Source of the DNA: Octopus bimaculoides
Taxonomy: Eukaryota
NCBI RefSeq assembly: GCF_001194135.2
Contig: NC_068984.1
Location: 110,066,087 to 110,116,622 of the forward strand
Length of the DNA: 50,536 nucleotides
Direction: 5' to 3'
Part shown: piece after piece, positions 12,987 to 24,650 of the stretch
Numbering within the stretch: position 1 is the stretch's first letter
How the letters are laid out: the number at the start of each line of letters is the position of its first letter
Position numbers and translations under genes: made by a program
The notes under the pieces: model-generated
The model's database searches: none
What the model was told of the DNA's origin: nothing
Seen by the model: the letters and a program-made list of their open reading frames with translations, nothing else

Positions 12987-13585
12987 TTGGGTTGGCCAAA
13001 GAGTCCGTTCAGTTTTCTTGAGCAAAAATAAGACAAGTTTTCAACGCAGAACGATTTATTCAATCTATAATATAATTACCGTTTCATTCCAGTATCTGCT
13101 GCCACCTTTTGGACAGATCTATTATTCTTTCCTCGAAGAATTTCCTGTCTTTATTGGCAAAGAAAAAAAAAACTCTTCCGGGTGAATTTTTACGTCCTAA
13201 AATTGAAGGTTTGTCCAGTCAATGAATTTTGAATTGACTGATGCAGGTAGAAATCTGAAGATCGGGCAAATATAGAGGATGTTGCAAAGCTTTGCAGTCA
13301 AGTACCGATAACTTCTACCACGTCTGTAAAGAAGTGTGCTGTCTGACATTGTAGGGACGAAAGACATTGCCCTTACGATTAGCAAGTACTGGACGCTTCT
13401 TGTGAATCGCTGCGTTTAAGTTGTCCAGCTGGTCACAGTATACACTTGAATTGTTGGTCTTGTCGGCGGGAAGAAATTCGCAGAAGACAACACCCTTCCA
13501 ATCCTACCAAATTGAACATAACCTTTTTTTCGGGTGAAATTGGTTGTATAGAGCGGTATTCAAGTTGACTTTATTTGTTAAACCC
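12987..13585 (-). mobile_element. mariner (Tc1/mariner DD34D) DNA transposon remnant: 3' TIR plus the C-terminal half of the transposase
   Basis: TA followed by TTGGGTTGGCCAAAGAGTCCGTTCAGTTTTC (mariner-type TIR, 12987-13017), adjacent to the transposase remnant. Truncated at the (GATA)n block at 13590. Confidence 0.9.
13060..13579 (-). pseudogene. mariner transposase pseudogene fragment
   Basis: Hand translation: [91 protein letters not shown](frameshift)SDFYL...KRWQQILE*NGNYIID*. This matches the mariner motifs HPKK..IWWD.KG, YC.QL, KRP, HPPYSPDL..SD. It has stops and frameshifts, and the second catalytic D is changed to Y. Confidence 0.92.
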
Positions 13586-13589
13586 ACTA

Positions 13590-13598
13590 TAGATAGAC

Positions 13599-13665
<67 letters not shown>

Positions 13666-13718
13666 AAGACAGACACATAGACAGACAGAAACATAGATAG
13701 ACAGACACATAGACAGAC

Positions 13719-13797
<79 letters not shown>

Positions 13798-13813
13798 AGA
13801 TAGATAGATAGAT
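13590..13813. repeat. (GATA)n/(GACA)n microsatellite
   Basis: Read directly. Confidence 0.97.
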
Positions 13814-13961
13814 GAAAGATAATATTTAGAGAAATTGCAGCAAACGGATATATAGGATTAAATATAGAAATTAATTCATAATCAAATATGAATATTTATG
13901 CACAGGTGGTGAAAAGGAAAAGTAATGTTTTATTTAAATACATATGTAAAGAAATGCGCGC

Positions 13962-13993
<32 letters not shown>

Positions 13994-14311
13994 ATAACTA
14001 TGCATCTATACATATCTATATATATGTTTGTATTTATGTCTATATATGTGTGTGTAAATATGAATATAGCTATATAAATGTATACATTATTTACATGTAT
14101 GAGCGTTCAAGTCTCTCCCTCTCTCTCTCTCTCCCTCTCTCTCTCTCTCTCTATCTATCTATCTATATCGCAAATTTTAGAGGTAATACTTGATAATTGT
14201 AAGCACCTATCTATACACACNNNNNNNNNNTCTATCTATCTATCTATATCGCAAATTTTAGAGGTAATACTTGATAATTGTAAGCACCTATCTATACACA
14301 CACACACACAC

Positions 14312-14344
<33 letters not shown>

Positions 14345-14980
14345 CTATGTGTGTCTGTATGTAACTGTGTGTGCCTATGCGTGTGTCTGACTGCCTAATT
14401 ATGCATTTATCTATATATATAAAGCTACGTATTTTTGTGTATGTGCAGTATTGTGTATCATTTATCTTTGCACATTTAATAGAAAATAAGAGGGATAGAA
14501 AAGAACTTGCTGGAGGCTGTTGTTTGAACCAAAGTCTTGTAGTTTTAAATGGCTTGACTGACAGATTTGCAATGAAGAGCAGAAGTAAAGTAAATCTGCC
14601 CTTAGGTCTGTCTTCTTGACTAATGGGTAATTTAGCAAGATAAAATATGATGTAATCTTCAGATAAATGTGACGTAAATACGTTGGTCTGTTTAGCACTG
14701 TAAATAAATGAATATGTAACAAAAGAATTGTTGATGTTACAGTTGTTTAGCCCCAGGTCAGCTGTGATCGAATAGATTCTATTATGAAAGGTATTCTAGC
14801 TGTGACCACCACGCCTTTTATATTTATTCAGAAAGCAATAACCAATATTTTATAAAGGTATGGCTGTTATTTGTTAGCAGTTCAAATGACTAGTAGCAAT
14901 TCAGTCTCCGTCGCTGTCTGAAAATTTTACTAGTATTTATTTATTAATTATTAATTTATACATTTATTAAAAAAAAATAT

Positions 14981-15286
14981 GGGCACAGGCACTGCCGTTT
15001 GATTAAGAGGCCACGTGGTTTCAGGTTCAGTCCTCCTGCGCGGCACATTGGGCAAGTGTCTTCTACAATAGCCCCGTGCCAACTAATGCCTCGTGAGCAA
15101 ACCTGGTAGACGGAAGATGTGTGGAAGCATGTCCTCTATGTATGTATGTATGTATGTATGTATCTATCCATCTGTCTGTCTGTCTGTCTGTCTATATCTA
15201 TCTATCTATCTATCTATTTATCTGTCTGTCTGTCTGTCTGTCTGTCTATGTGTGTGTGTGTATGTGCATGTGTGTTTATCTATCTA

Positions 15287-15350
<64 letters not shown>

Positions 15351-15510
15351 AGAGAGAGTCTGTGTGTTTTGTTCCCTTCCATCACTAGGAGTTGGTTCGT
15401 TTACTCCTATAACCTAACGGTTCGGCTAAATATATCGATAAAAGAAATGCCAGACTTAGAAACATAAGTACTGGCCGCACTCTAATAGCTGAAACAAGTA
15501 AAAATAAAAG
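14981..15510 (+). mobile_element. SINE family A, diverged, internal microsatellite expanded to ~220 bp
   Basis: GGTTCAGTCC...CACATTGGGCAAGTGTCTTCTACAATAGCC head and CCTAACGGTTCGGC...CTGAAACAAGTAAAA tail flank a compound SSR at 15138-15360. Confidence 0.8.
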
Positions 15511-15792
15511 ATTTTCTATTTCAATTAATTTATTTATTGAACAGTGGTTCGATAACAGTGAATCACTTCTTAATATTCAAATTTTCCATTCCGTACCACA
15601 CTGTACACAAGACCATTCTTGATTGGTTTCCGTAAACAATCAGAGGTTAATAGCTCTTCACTCAACGTTTTGATTTTTCTGGTGAACGGGACACACTTTA
15701 TATCTCGATGTGACCGATTCGGAAACTGACAAACACAGAAGGATCTACGCTAGTATTTGACAGTTACTTTATTTACCAAAGCAGAACTGCGT

Positions 15793-16145
15793 GGGATTTG
15801 AACTCAGGGTATAGAAAATCGGAGCAATTCTGTTTGACTCTCTAAAGACTTTGCTAATTTCCTCTATTACGTTTCACTTCATCAACTGTATACTTCTTTA
15901 TAACATTTTAGAATTATTCGTAATTGTAGAAAATACTCACGTAGATTGTGATATTAGTCTAATAAGGGATTTGATCTTAGAGCGTAGAGAGTCGGAGCAA
16001 ATTCTGCGAGGTTTTCTATTTGACTCTCTAAAGACTTTGCTAATTTGCTGTATTACTTTATACTTCATAAGCTGTATAATTCCTTATTCAGAATTGAAGA
16101 AAAAAACTCAAATATGTTGTGATATTAGTCTAATATGGGAAACTT
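15793..16145. repeat. diverged tandem duplication, period ~173 bp
   Basis: TCGGAGCAA at 15819 and 15992; TTTGACTCTCTAAAGACTTTGCTAATTT and TTGTGATATTAGTCTAATA each occur twice. Confidence 0.85.
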
Positions 16146-16255
16146 GACTGTTATACAGAAGTTATCAACAACCCATTATCAGAACCAGACTTCTGATCCG
16201 TTAGAAGCTGAGCTCAACTGACTGGGCGACTTTGTTAGCAGAGAGTATTATAGTG

Positions 16256-16465
16256 CTTCCGAATTTTGGTACAGGGCTAGCAATTTCGGAGGAAGTGTGA
16301 GTCGATTACATCGACCCAGTGCTAAAATGGTACTTATTTTATCAACCCTGAAATTGTGAAAAGCAAAGTCAACTCTGACTGCATTTGTACTCAGAACATA
16401 AGACGGACGAAATGCCGGGAAGCATTTTGTCCGGTGTGCTAACACTTCTGCCAGCTCACCGTCTT
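16256..16465 (-). mobile_element. SINE family B
   Basis: Reverse complement matches the B consensus seen in this window. Confidence 0.85.
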
Positions 16466-17549
16466 AGAAAGGCTTGTATTGCTCAGTATTTCTTTTGGGC
16501 CACAGAATGTTTAGAACTCAGTTGTACAATCTAACGCAAACATTGTAATCTTGCAATATTCTGCTTAGTCAGGCATTGTAGGGCTATTCATAAACGATAG
16601 CAATAAATTATTTAAAAAAAAATTAACACCAGACTAAATAATTTTGTGGTAAGAAAGTTTGATGTTCAAGCGTTTATTCCCATTTCATTGTAGGATCGGT
16701 AGCATTTTTTCGCCTTATGTAAACAGAATTTTTCTTCAATTGATACTGGAGACGATTGCCTTTAGCAGGTGGAAGATTTTTTTCCTACGAAGAGGAGGCC
16801 GTTTTCAAATGGCGAAATTGAACTTTTAGTGTAGGTGTTAGACCTATCTTCTTTTCCAGCTGTTCTCCGTAATGACAACAATCACACTAAGATTCGTTTG
16901 AGCGTCCCAATTTTTTTAATTTGCCTTCATAATGTATTTACATATGTACGTTCAATAGATTCATATTGCGTAAGTGGTACAGAGTAAATAAATTTTCAAA
17001 TAAAATAAATATTCATTGATTAACACTGCTAGTTAAAGGTGAGAAAGATAAGCTAGTTGAGAGACTACCTAAGGTAGAAAACGATCGACTTGTTCTGCTC
17101 CTGAAATATTTCTTCAATTAGGTGGAATTTTCCATAAGAATAGGTAAGAGAGGTGAGAAACTATCATAAGAGAACAAAAAAGTAACATGACCCGTATAAA
17201 CCAGGGATAGATGTTCTGGGCTGAATTTTCTCGCCTTTTAATAACTGTCGGTCGAAAAAGTTCTAGAATCTGGTTGACAGGAAAATTTCTACGCTTTTTA
17301 TGATGTTGCCGGCTTTGCCATAAATAAGTCGGCAGAGCGATTGGTCAAACCAGATACACGAATGGGCTATTAAATTTCATGGCGACTCTTTTCCTTTCAT
17401 GAAAATTTATTGGATCGTGATTTTAGATGGGAAATCTGAGAAATATGGCTCGAATCTCAGTGGGGCTGTCACTACAAACTCAGATCGCAAAGAATCCGAA
17501 CATATGCTGCAAAGTATCTCATGTAAAGCTCGAACATTTCTGCTAATCC

Positions 17550-17670
17550 TTCACTGGTATTACTATTTATCAACCCCAAAATGAATGAAGGCTAACGTTA
17601 TATCCGACAGGATTTTATGTCAGAAGCACAAAGGAGAGAAAGAAATAACTTTAAGACATCCTATTCAACG
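17550..17670 (-). mobile_element. highly decayed family B fragment
   Basis: CTGGTATTACTATTTATCAACCCCAAAATGAATGAAGGC matches the reverse complement of the core. Confidence 0.5.
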
Positions 17671-18067
17671 TCTTTAAAGAGAAAAGCATAGACGATTAAA
17701 TCAGCCTCAGTACGTGACTATCACTTTATTGAATTTACAAAATATAAAAAGCTAAGTCGAAATTGGTGATAAGTAAGAAAGATGCAACCATAAATCATTA
17801 TATAAAGGAACGTAACTATTATCCACTTCACCCATTGTAAATAACAATATGAACGATGTATAAGGCAATAGGCAGGGTCTTTTCTGTGCGAGCAAATAAA
17901 AGATAAGCATACAGGTTATGTAGGCTAACTGAATGGTTCAGTCTCGAAACTCATGGAGAAACTTACGGAAACTTATTCGTTTTCGTATAATAGAGAGTTA
18001 GTTAAGTACAGGCTATGCCCTTTTCAGGTATTAGCCATGCAAACATTTTAATTTAGTAATGGAAGCG

Positions 18068-18286
18068 AGGGTGGTGAGTTGTTAAAATAGTTAGCACGCC
18101 GGACAAAATGCTTAGTGGTATTTAGTCTGCTTTACGTTCTGAGTTTAAATTCCGCCGAGGTCGACTTTACCTTTTATCCTTTCGGAGTTGCTAAATAAGT
18201 ATCAATTATATCGACTAGGGTCGATATAATCAATCGATTTATCCCTCTCCAAAATTCTGAATTTGTGCCAAAATTTGAAACCAATA
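18068..18286 (+). mobile_element. SINE family B (tail type 2)
   Basis: GTTAGCACGCCGGACAAAATGCTTAG...AAATTCCGCCGAGGTCGAC...TTTGAAACCAATA. Confidence 0.85.
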
Positions 18287-18513
18287 TAGAAGTGGAAGTG
18301 ACCGAGTTATTAGTTAATCATACAATAATGCCAGATTGTCACCAAGTTATTTAATTACTATTAAGCAGACTGTGCCAATTTGTAGTAAATTTATATTTGT
18401 TATAGACAAGCACGATGCTAGAATGGAACGTGCAGTCCTTTGATCGGTAGGCTGACTTTCAATCCACTTGGCCAATCGCAGCTTTCGGGCAAACTGAAAC
18501 TAGTTGAACGGAG

Positions 18514-18539
18514 TAAATTTTACCTCGAGGTAAAATTTA
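18514..18539. repeat. perfect 26 bp palindrome
   Basis: TAAATTTTACCTCGAGGTAAAATTTA equals its own reverse complement. Confidence 0.95.
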
Positions 18540-19621
18540 AGAAATATAGCAAGGCTGCAAATCTAGGACCTTAGAGTAAATATTTCGTTAACATTAAGTT
18601 AACGTGAATAACCACTTTAATGCTCAAACATCATTGCCAGAACACATATTGAAGTTGCCATTCTGAAAGTGTTCCACTGGAAGCATATCTAATGATTAGA
18701 GATTAGAAACAACTCACAAAATTCAATCACTTCTCGCTGATGCTGTGTATATAACAGAGAAAAAGAGAAAGATTGCCCCTGGAATTGCTTCAAGTCTGCC
18801 TTGTTTCCAAATCTCATTGCCTGTCTTAGAATTTGCTTAAGATTATCTGTCAGAAATATCAGCAAACTGGAACCTTAATCTTTAATTCTCTGACAAATTT
18901 CAAATAAAATAACGAAAAGAACAAAAAAAGAAGAAAGAACAGAAAACAAAATCGAAATAATGCAAAACAAAAGAAAAATAGAAAAAGAGGAATGAGTTTC
19001 TTTTTCATTGATCTGATTTCAATAAGATGGTGAAATAGTGAAACTATGGCCTGTCTGCTCAATTCAGCTTTCGCGGTAGGTGGATTCTTTCTCGTTTAAA
19101 CTAAACCGGCCGACATATTGATCGGAGTTTGCCGCTTTCCGCTTTCAGTTCCGACGCTCCCCTTCTCTTCAGATTGTTTCAACCAAGTGGAAGACATTTC
19201 GTCATGACAATTGGATTAGCTTTTCTTTTCTTTTTTTTGTTTTTGTTTTNNNNNNNNNNNNNNNNNNNNNNNNNNNNNNNNNNNNNNNNNNNNNNNNNNN
19301 NNNNNNNNNNNNNNNNNNNNNNNNNNNNNNNNNNNNNNNNNNNNNNNNNNNNNNNNNNNNNNNNNNNNNNNNNNNNNNNNNNNNNNNNNNNNNNNNNNNN
19401 NNNNNNNNNNNNNNNNNNNNNNNNNNNNNNNNNNNNNNNNNNNNNNNNNNNNNNNNNNNNNNNNNNNNNNNNNNNNNNNNNNNNNNNNNNNNNNNNNNNN
19501 NNNNNNNNNNNNNNNNNNNNNNNNNNNNNNNNNNNNNNNNNNNNNNNNNNNNNNNNNNNNNNNNNNNNNNNNNNNNNNNNNNNNNNNNNNNNNNNNNNNN
19601 NNNNNNNNNNNNNNNNNNNNN

Positions 19622-19742
19622 CTCTCTCCTATTTTCTGTTTTTTTCCCTCCCTTAACTTCAAATTATTTCTTAATACACTCTTTCTATTTTTCTTTTCTG
19701 CTTATTTACTTTTTGATTTTTTTTATCACTTATACACACATG

Positions 19743-19789
<47 letters not shown>

Positions 19790-20224
19790 ATCCATCACAA
19801 CCCCCATACTCTCTCATTCCTTCTCTTTCATTTCTCATGGTTTCTTCCTTTATCCTATTATTTTGGTTTATTTTCTGTTCTTCATTCTTCATTTCTTTTG
19901 CTTTAGTTTCACTTTCATTTTGTTTATCTTACATTTCAACTGCACCCCCTCTATCTCTCTCTTACTCTTTCTTCAGTTGATCTATGACCGTTTTTTCCTT
20001 CTTTCTTTCTTTCTTTCCCACTCTATGACCTATTCTCTTATATTTTACTTCTTTTCTCTCTCTCACTCTCTATGTTTCCCCTCTCTCTTTCACTCAAGTC
20101 TTCCCTCTGTAGTTTCTCAATCTGTTTTCGTTTCTTTTCCTTCCCTCTATTGCAATTGTCTAGTTCATTCTTTCTAAAACTCATATTCATCTGCTTTTCC
20201 TTTCTCACCATTATTTACACGCTT

Positions 20225-20276
<52 letters not shown>

Positions 20277-20330
20277 TCACTCCCCCCTTCTCCCCCCTCT
20301 CCCTTGTTTGTTTTGTGGCAAACTTTCCAA
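19622..20330. repeat. pyrimidine-rich low-complexity tract with (CA)n and (CT)n
   Basis: Plus strand is almost devoid of G over ~700 bp. Confidence 0.85.
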
Positions 20331-20675
20331 GCCTTCAGTTTCTTTTGAGTGAAAAATTATAGGAAATTATCGAAAAAGAAGTCTAGAAACTTCACTATAT
20401 TTCATCTGTTCTTTCTCTGGAGATTTATAGTGGTGTTGATAGCGGTGATGGGTAGTAGTACCGGTGGTGGTCGTAGTAATGGTGTTGATAATGGTGCTGA
20501 CAGTGGCATTAGTATTGATACTGGTAAAAATGTTAGTACGGTAGTGAAAATTCCATTTAATATTGTTCCTTCTAGTTAAAAGTTCTAATCCAGTTGATTC
20601 TGACTTCCCATTCACTTCTTACAAAATAACTTGGGTCTCTTTATAAGTAAACAATGCAATATTAAGGCGCTTCTC

Positions 20676-20900
20676 AAGGCGGCGAGCTGGCAGAAACGTT
20701 AGCACGCCGGGCGAAATGCTTAGCGGTATTTCGTCTGCGATTACGTTCTGAGTTCAAATTCCACCGCAGTCGACTTTGCCTTTCATTCTTTCGGGGTCGA
20801 TAAATTAAGTACCAGTTACGCAATGGGATCGATGTAAACGACTTACTCCCTTTGTTTGTCCCCTCTATGTTTAGCTCCTTGTGGGCAATAAAGAAATAAG
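20676..20900 (+). mobile_element. SINE family B (tail type 1), young-looking
   Basis: CpG-rich copy ending CCTTGTGGGCAATAAAGAAATAAG, like 43923-44156 and 48613-48839. Confidence 0.9.
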
Positions 20901-21069
20901 GTATTTCATCTGTCTTTATGTTCTGAGTTCAAATTCCGCCGAGGTCAACTTCGCTATACATTCATTTGAAGTACATCAAAATAAGTACCAGTTGAACACT
21001 GGGGTCGATATAATCGACTTACACCCTATCCCGAACATTGTGGCCTTGTGCTAAAATTTGAAATCAATA
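20901..21069 (+). mobile_element. SINE family B (tail type 2), headless, abutting the previous copy
   Basis: Starts at GTATTTCATCTG, about 50 nt into the consensus. Confidence 0.85.
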
Positions 21070-21080
21070 TGCTACAGCTA

Positions 21081-21298
21081 GGGCGGCGAGCTTGCCAGAA
21101 TTGTTAGCACACAAGGTAAAATGCTTAGCGACATATAGTCCATCTTTACGTTCTGAGTTCAAATTCCACCGAGGTCAAGTTTGCCTTTCATCCTTTCGGG
21201 ATCGATTAAATTGATACCAGCTGAATACTGGGATTGATATAATCGACTTACTCTCTCCCCCGAATTCGCTGGTCTTGTGCCAAAAATTGGAACTAATA
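21081..21298 (+). mobile_element. SINE family B (tail type 2)
   Basis: GGGCGGCGAGCTTGCCAGAATTGTTAGC... with full head, core and tail. Confidence 0.85.
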
Positions 21299-21844
21299 TC
21301 AAAGTGCTTGTAGTATAAATGAAAGGTAGAGGCATAGAAGTTTGGTCTTATTAAACTTTAATACTGCTGAGACTAAATGTAAACCACTAATGGATAACAC
21401 TGCACAGGCAATTTTTAATAAGAGGAGTACCATTGAAGGCCGTGTATATAAAACGAGAATGTTTCCATCAAATTAACTTAAAAGAATATACAAAGTAAAT
21501 AACCATCCTCAAAGACAATTCTAATTTAATGCAAACATTTTTGAAATGTTTGAAAAGAAAATAAATTTCAAAGTGATTAGCAATAAATTGTTGAATTCAA
21601 CATTCAAAATGTCTAAATTTTTGTCTACATGAAATAAGGTGTGAGGTATCCTTAAACCGGAGATATGGTCTCAGTACTTTCAGCAAGGTGAATACTGCTA
21701 AAATTACCCAACGCCCAGCTGTAGCGTTAAAATAGATTAAGCCTACTACCCTAGAAAGTTACATTGGAATTTGAGCTTAGAACACAGAATAGCAATAAAT
21801 ATTGAAATGTATCTACTCTTATTCGCAAGCGTTTCTACCTCCCT

Positions 21845-21925
21845 GCCACTCTAAACTGATACTTATCAACCTCGGTAGGAGGAAGGGTAAATTAGACCTC
21901 AGCGGGATTTGAATTCTACGGGTTA
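21845..21925 (-). mobile_element. highly decayed family B fragment
   Basis: TACTTATCAACCTCGG...GACCTCAGCGGGATTTGAA. Confidence 0.5.
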
Positions 21926-21963
21926 TCGATTAGAATTTATTTTTAGTATCAACACAAAAGTTT

Positions 21964-22182
21964 AAGGCGGGGAGCTGGCAGAATCATTAGCACGTCAGGC
22001 AAAAATGCTTTGTAGCATTTCATCTGTCTTCACGTTCTGAGTTCAAATTCTGCCGAGGTCGACTTGGGATTTCATCCTTTCAGGGTCGATAAAATAAGTA
22101 CCAGTTGAACACTGGGACCGATGTAGCTAACTCACCCCATCCCCCGAAATTGCTGGCCTTGTGCTAAAATTTGAAACCAATA
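21964..22182 (+). mobile_element. SINE family B (tail type 2)
   Basis: Full head, core and tail. Confidence 0.9.
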
Positions 22183-22259
22183 TCAAAACAGTTTCGCATC
22201 TAGGGGAACAGTGTATTGTAAATTTACTGAGTATAGTTAATTTATCTTACTCAACCAGT

Positions 22260-22640
22260 TGCTGGCACTCCGTCGCTTACGACGTAGAGGGTTCCATTTG
22301 ATCCGATCAACGGAACAGCCTGCTCGTGAAATTAACGTGCAAGTGGCTGAGCACTCCACATACACGTGTACCCTTAACGTAGTTCTCGGGAATAGTCAGC
22401 GTGACACAGTGTGACAAGGCTGACCCTTTGAATTAGAGGTATAACAGAAACAGGAAGTAAGAGTGAGAGAAAGTTGTGGTGAAAGAGTACAGTAGGGTTC
22501 ACCACCATCCCCTGCCGGAGCGTCGTGGAGCTTCAGGTATTTTCGCTCAATAAACACTCACAACGTCCGGTCTGGGAATCGAAACCGCGATCTTATGACC
22601 GCGAATACGCTGCCCTAACCACTGGGGCCATTGCGCCTCC
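22260..22640 (-). mobile_element. SINE family C, full length
   Basis: Collinear with 11020-11401. Imperfect 11 bp TSD ACTCAACCAGT (22249-22259) / ACTCGACCAGT (22643-22653). Confidence 0.92.
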
Positions 22641-22659
22641 ACACTCGACCAGTACTGGT

Positions 22660-22810
22660 CAAATAAAATAACATCAGTGCTTAACCAAAGCTGATTTTAT
22701 CGTTTCCGAAGGATGCAAAGCAAAGTCGAATACTATGGGAATTGAACGCAGACGTAAATTGAAGTAAACCAAATACCGCAAGATATTTATCCGACAGTCT
22801 GCTGTCCCTG
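22660..22810 (-). mobile_element. highly decayed family B fragment
   Basis: TTTTATCG...GAAGGATGCAAAGCAAAGTCGA...GAATTGAACGCAGACGTAA. Confidence 0.55.
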
Positions 22811-23409
22811 CAACCCATTATTAAACTATTCAAGGGTTCAAGTAATCGGAATGACAAATTATCCTCTTGGAGTTGTTCCTGAATTTACTTGTTTTGGTCC
22901 CGGTGGTAAACGCATATTCTTTTTTATTTTTATTAAAACTTTGCTGCTATTTTCGTGTCTTCCGGTTACTTGGAGATGTAAAATCATCACCCTGACATTA
23001 AATTTCTTGCTGATTTTGTAAGATTCCATCTTTTTGGTCACGACAATGAGAAATCATAATCCGTTTTGCTTCTGATCGTTTTCTTCAGCAAGAGTCAAGA
23101 ATATAAAACTATTTCCTTTCCCTTACGTTCATTGTCATCGGGTGTTTTTTTTTTTTTTTGATCAGTCATTCAAGTAATTAATGATAAGGAGAGGAATCAA
23201 ATATCACACAGAGATTTGGTTATTTAATATCTGAGTGTTAACTATAACCATATCTTGGATTGGCATCATGAAAGTCACTACCGCCATGCACATCATTTTT
23301 ACGTCTGCTATGATGGCTTAAGAAGATATCACAACTCTGAGTATCTGTGTTGTTATAGAAGTGTCAGTATGAGACAAAATGGAGGATATATTAATATCAT
23401 TTTGTCTGG

Positions 23410-23626
23410 AAAGCGGCGAGCTGGCAGAATCGTTGGCGCGCCGGGCAAAAATCTTAGCAGCATTTTGTCTGTCTTTACATTCTGAGTTCAAATTCCGTTG
23501 AGGCCGACTTTGGTTTTTATCCCTTCGGGGTCGATAAAATAAGTCCCAGCTGAAAGTTTGGGTCGATGAGATCGACTTAACCCCCACTCAAAATTGCTGG
23601 TCTGATGCCAAAATTTGAAACCAATA
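23410..23626 (+). mobile_element. SINE family B (tail type 2)
   Basis: Full head, core and tail. Confidence 0.9.
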
Positions 23627-23710
23627 TCATCCAACAAGTTATATACAAAATATTCTTAGCCCATGTGCTCGTTGAACTTTGTATCAATAATTCATTGGAT
23701 GTCCATTTAT

Positions 23711-24011
23711 CTTTTATCTTTTACCTGTTTCAATCATTAGACAGTGGCCCTGAATTTTTAGTCGAATGAATCGACCCCAGTACTTTTTTTAAAGCCTGGT
23801 ACTTATTCTATCGGGCTCTTTTGCCGAACCGCTATGTTACGGGGATTTAAGCACACCAACATCGGTTGTCAAGTGGTTATGAGGAGGACAAACACAGACA
23901 CACACATAAATATATATACATATATAATATATACAACGGGCTTCTTTCAGTTTCTGCCTACTAAATCCACTCACAAAGCTTTGGTCGACCCGAGGCTATT
24001 GTAGAAGACAC
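23711..24011 (-). mobile_element. SINE family A, 5'-truncated (head missing)
   Basis: Aligns to the other A copies from the 3' tail up to GTAGAAGACAC, then similarity stops. Confidence 0.85.
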
Positions 24012-24239
24012 GCAAATTTTAAACTCGTCCTTCAAATGTTGCATACTGTCATTGCACCACCTGTCGATATTAGTTAAACTTTTCAGCAAAAAAAGAAATA
24101 ATAATAATAATAGCAACAATAATCATTACTGTTATTATTGTTGTTGTTGTTACCTCTGTGATTGCACCTGTCATTAAGTAGCCCTTTTGTTCCAATGATT
24201 ATCGTTTCATTAAAAATTCTTGCAGCAGTAGAATTAGTG

Positions 24240-24650
24240 AAAAAAGAGATGGAGGCGGCGATGACAAAATATTTCGATATTAGGAATTGGAAGGGGGAAG
24301 GAGCTGAGTGTTGAGTAGCTGGAGTTGGTGTTGATGGGTGTAATAATGATGATGGGGATAGCGATGATTGCACTGACAACCAATAGGAAAGGGGGCGAGA
24401 AGGAGGAGTAGGATGAGGAGAAGAAAAAGAGGAAAGAAGATGGTTGTGATTACAATGAGGAAGATACCGTTGCAGTCATCTTGTGACGTTGAAAAGATGA
24501 GTGGAACATTGGAAATGATAACGATGATTGGGAGAACGATGATAGCATCGACAATGATTGTTAAGGATGCTGATAGACATGAAGAGAAGGAATGAAGTGA
24601 TGACTAAAGATGATGATGACAATAATGATTGAGGGTAGTGATAATAATCA
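24240..24650. repeat. degenerate trinucleotide (GAT/GAG/GGT) cryptic-simple sequence
   Basis: 3 nt periodicity with no plausible protein product. Confidence 0.7.

Noticed and set aside
14150-14301. Identical ~70 bp direct repeat on both sides of a 10-N gap
   Set aside because: Exact duplication flanking a placeholder gap is a typical unmerged contig overlap (assembly artefact).
14745-14815. Short similarity to 27445-27490 (CTAT...AAGG...TG/TAACC)
   Set aside because: Probably decayed fragments of another repeat, but the alignment is too short and diverged to assert.
22859-23041. ORF containing RLPPGP, like the cytochrome P450 proline hinge
   Set aside because: No preceding membrane anchor, no following LPxIGN motif, and a stop 11 codons later.
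20676-23626. Regularly recurring repeats that might suggest a CRISPR-like array
   Set aside because: Units are ~220 bp diverged SINEs with irregular spacing; there is no short identical repeat-spacer structure and no cas genes.
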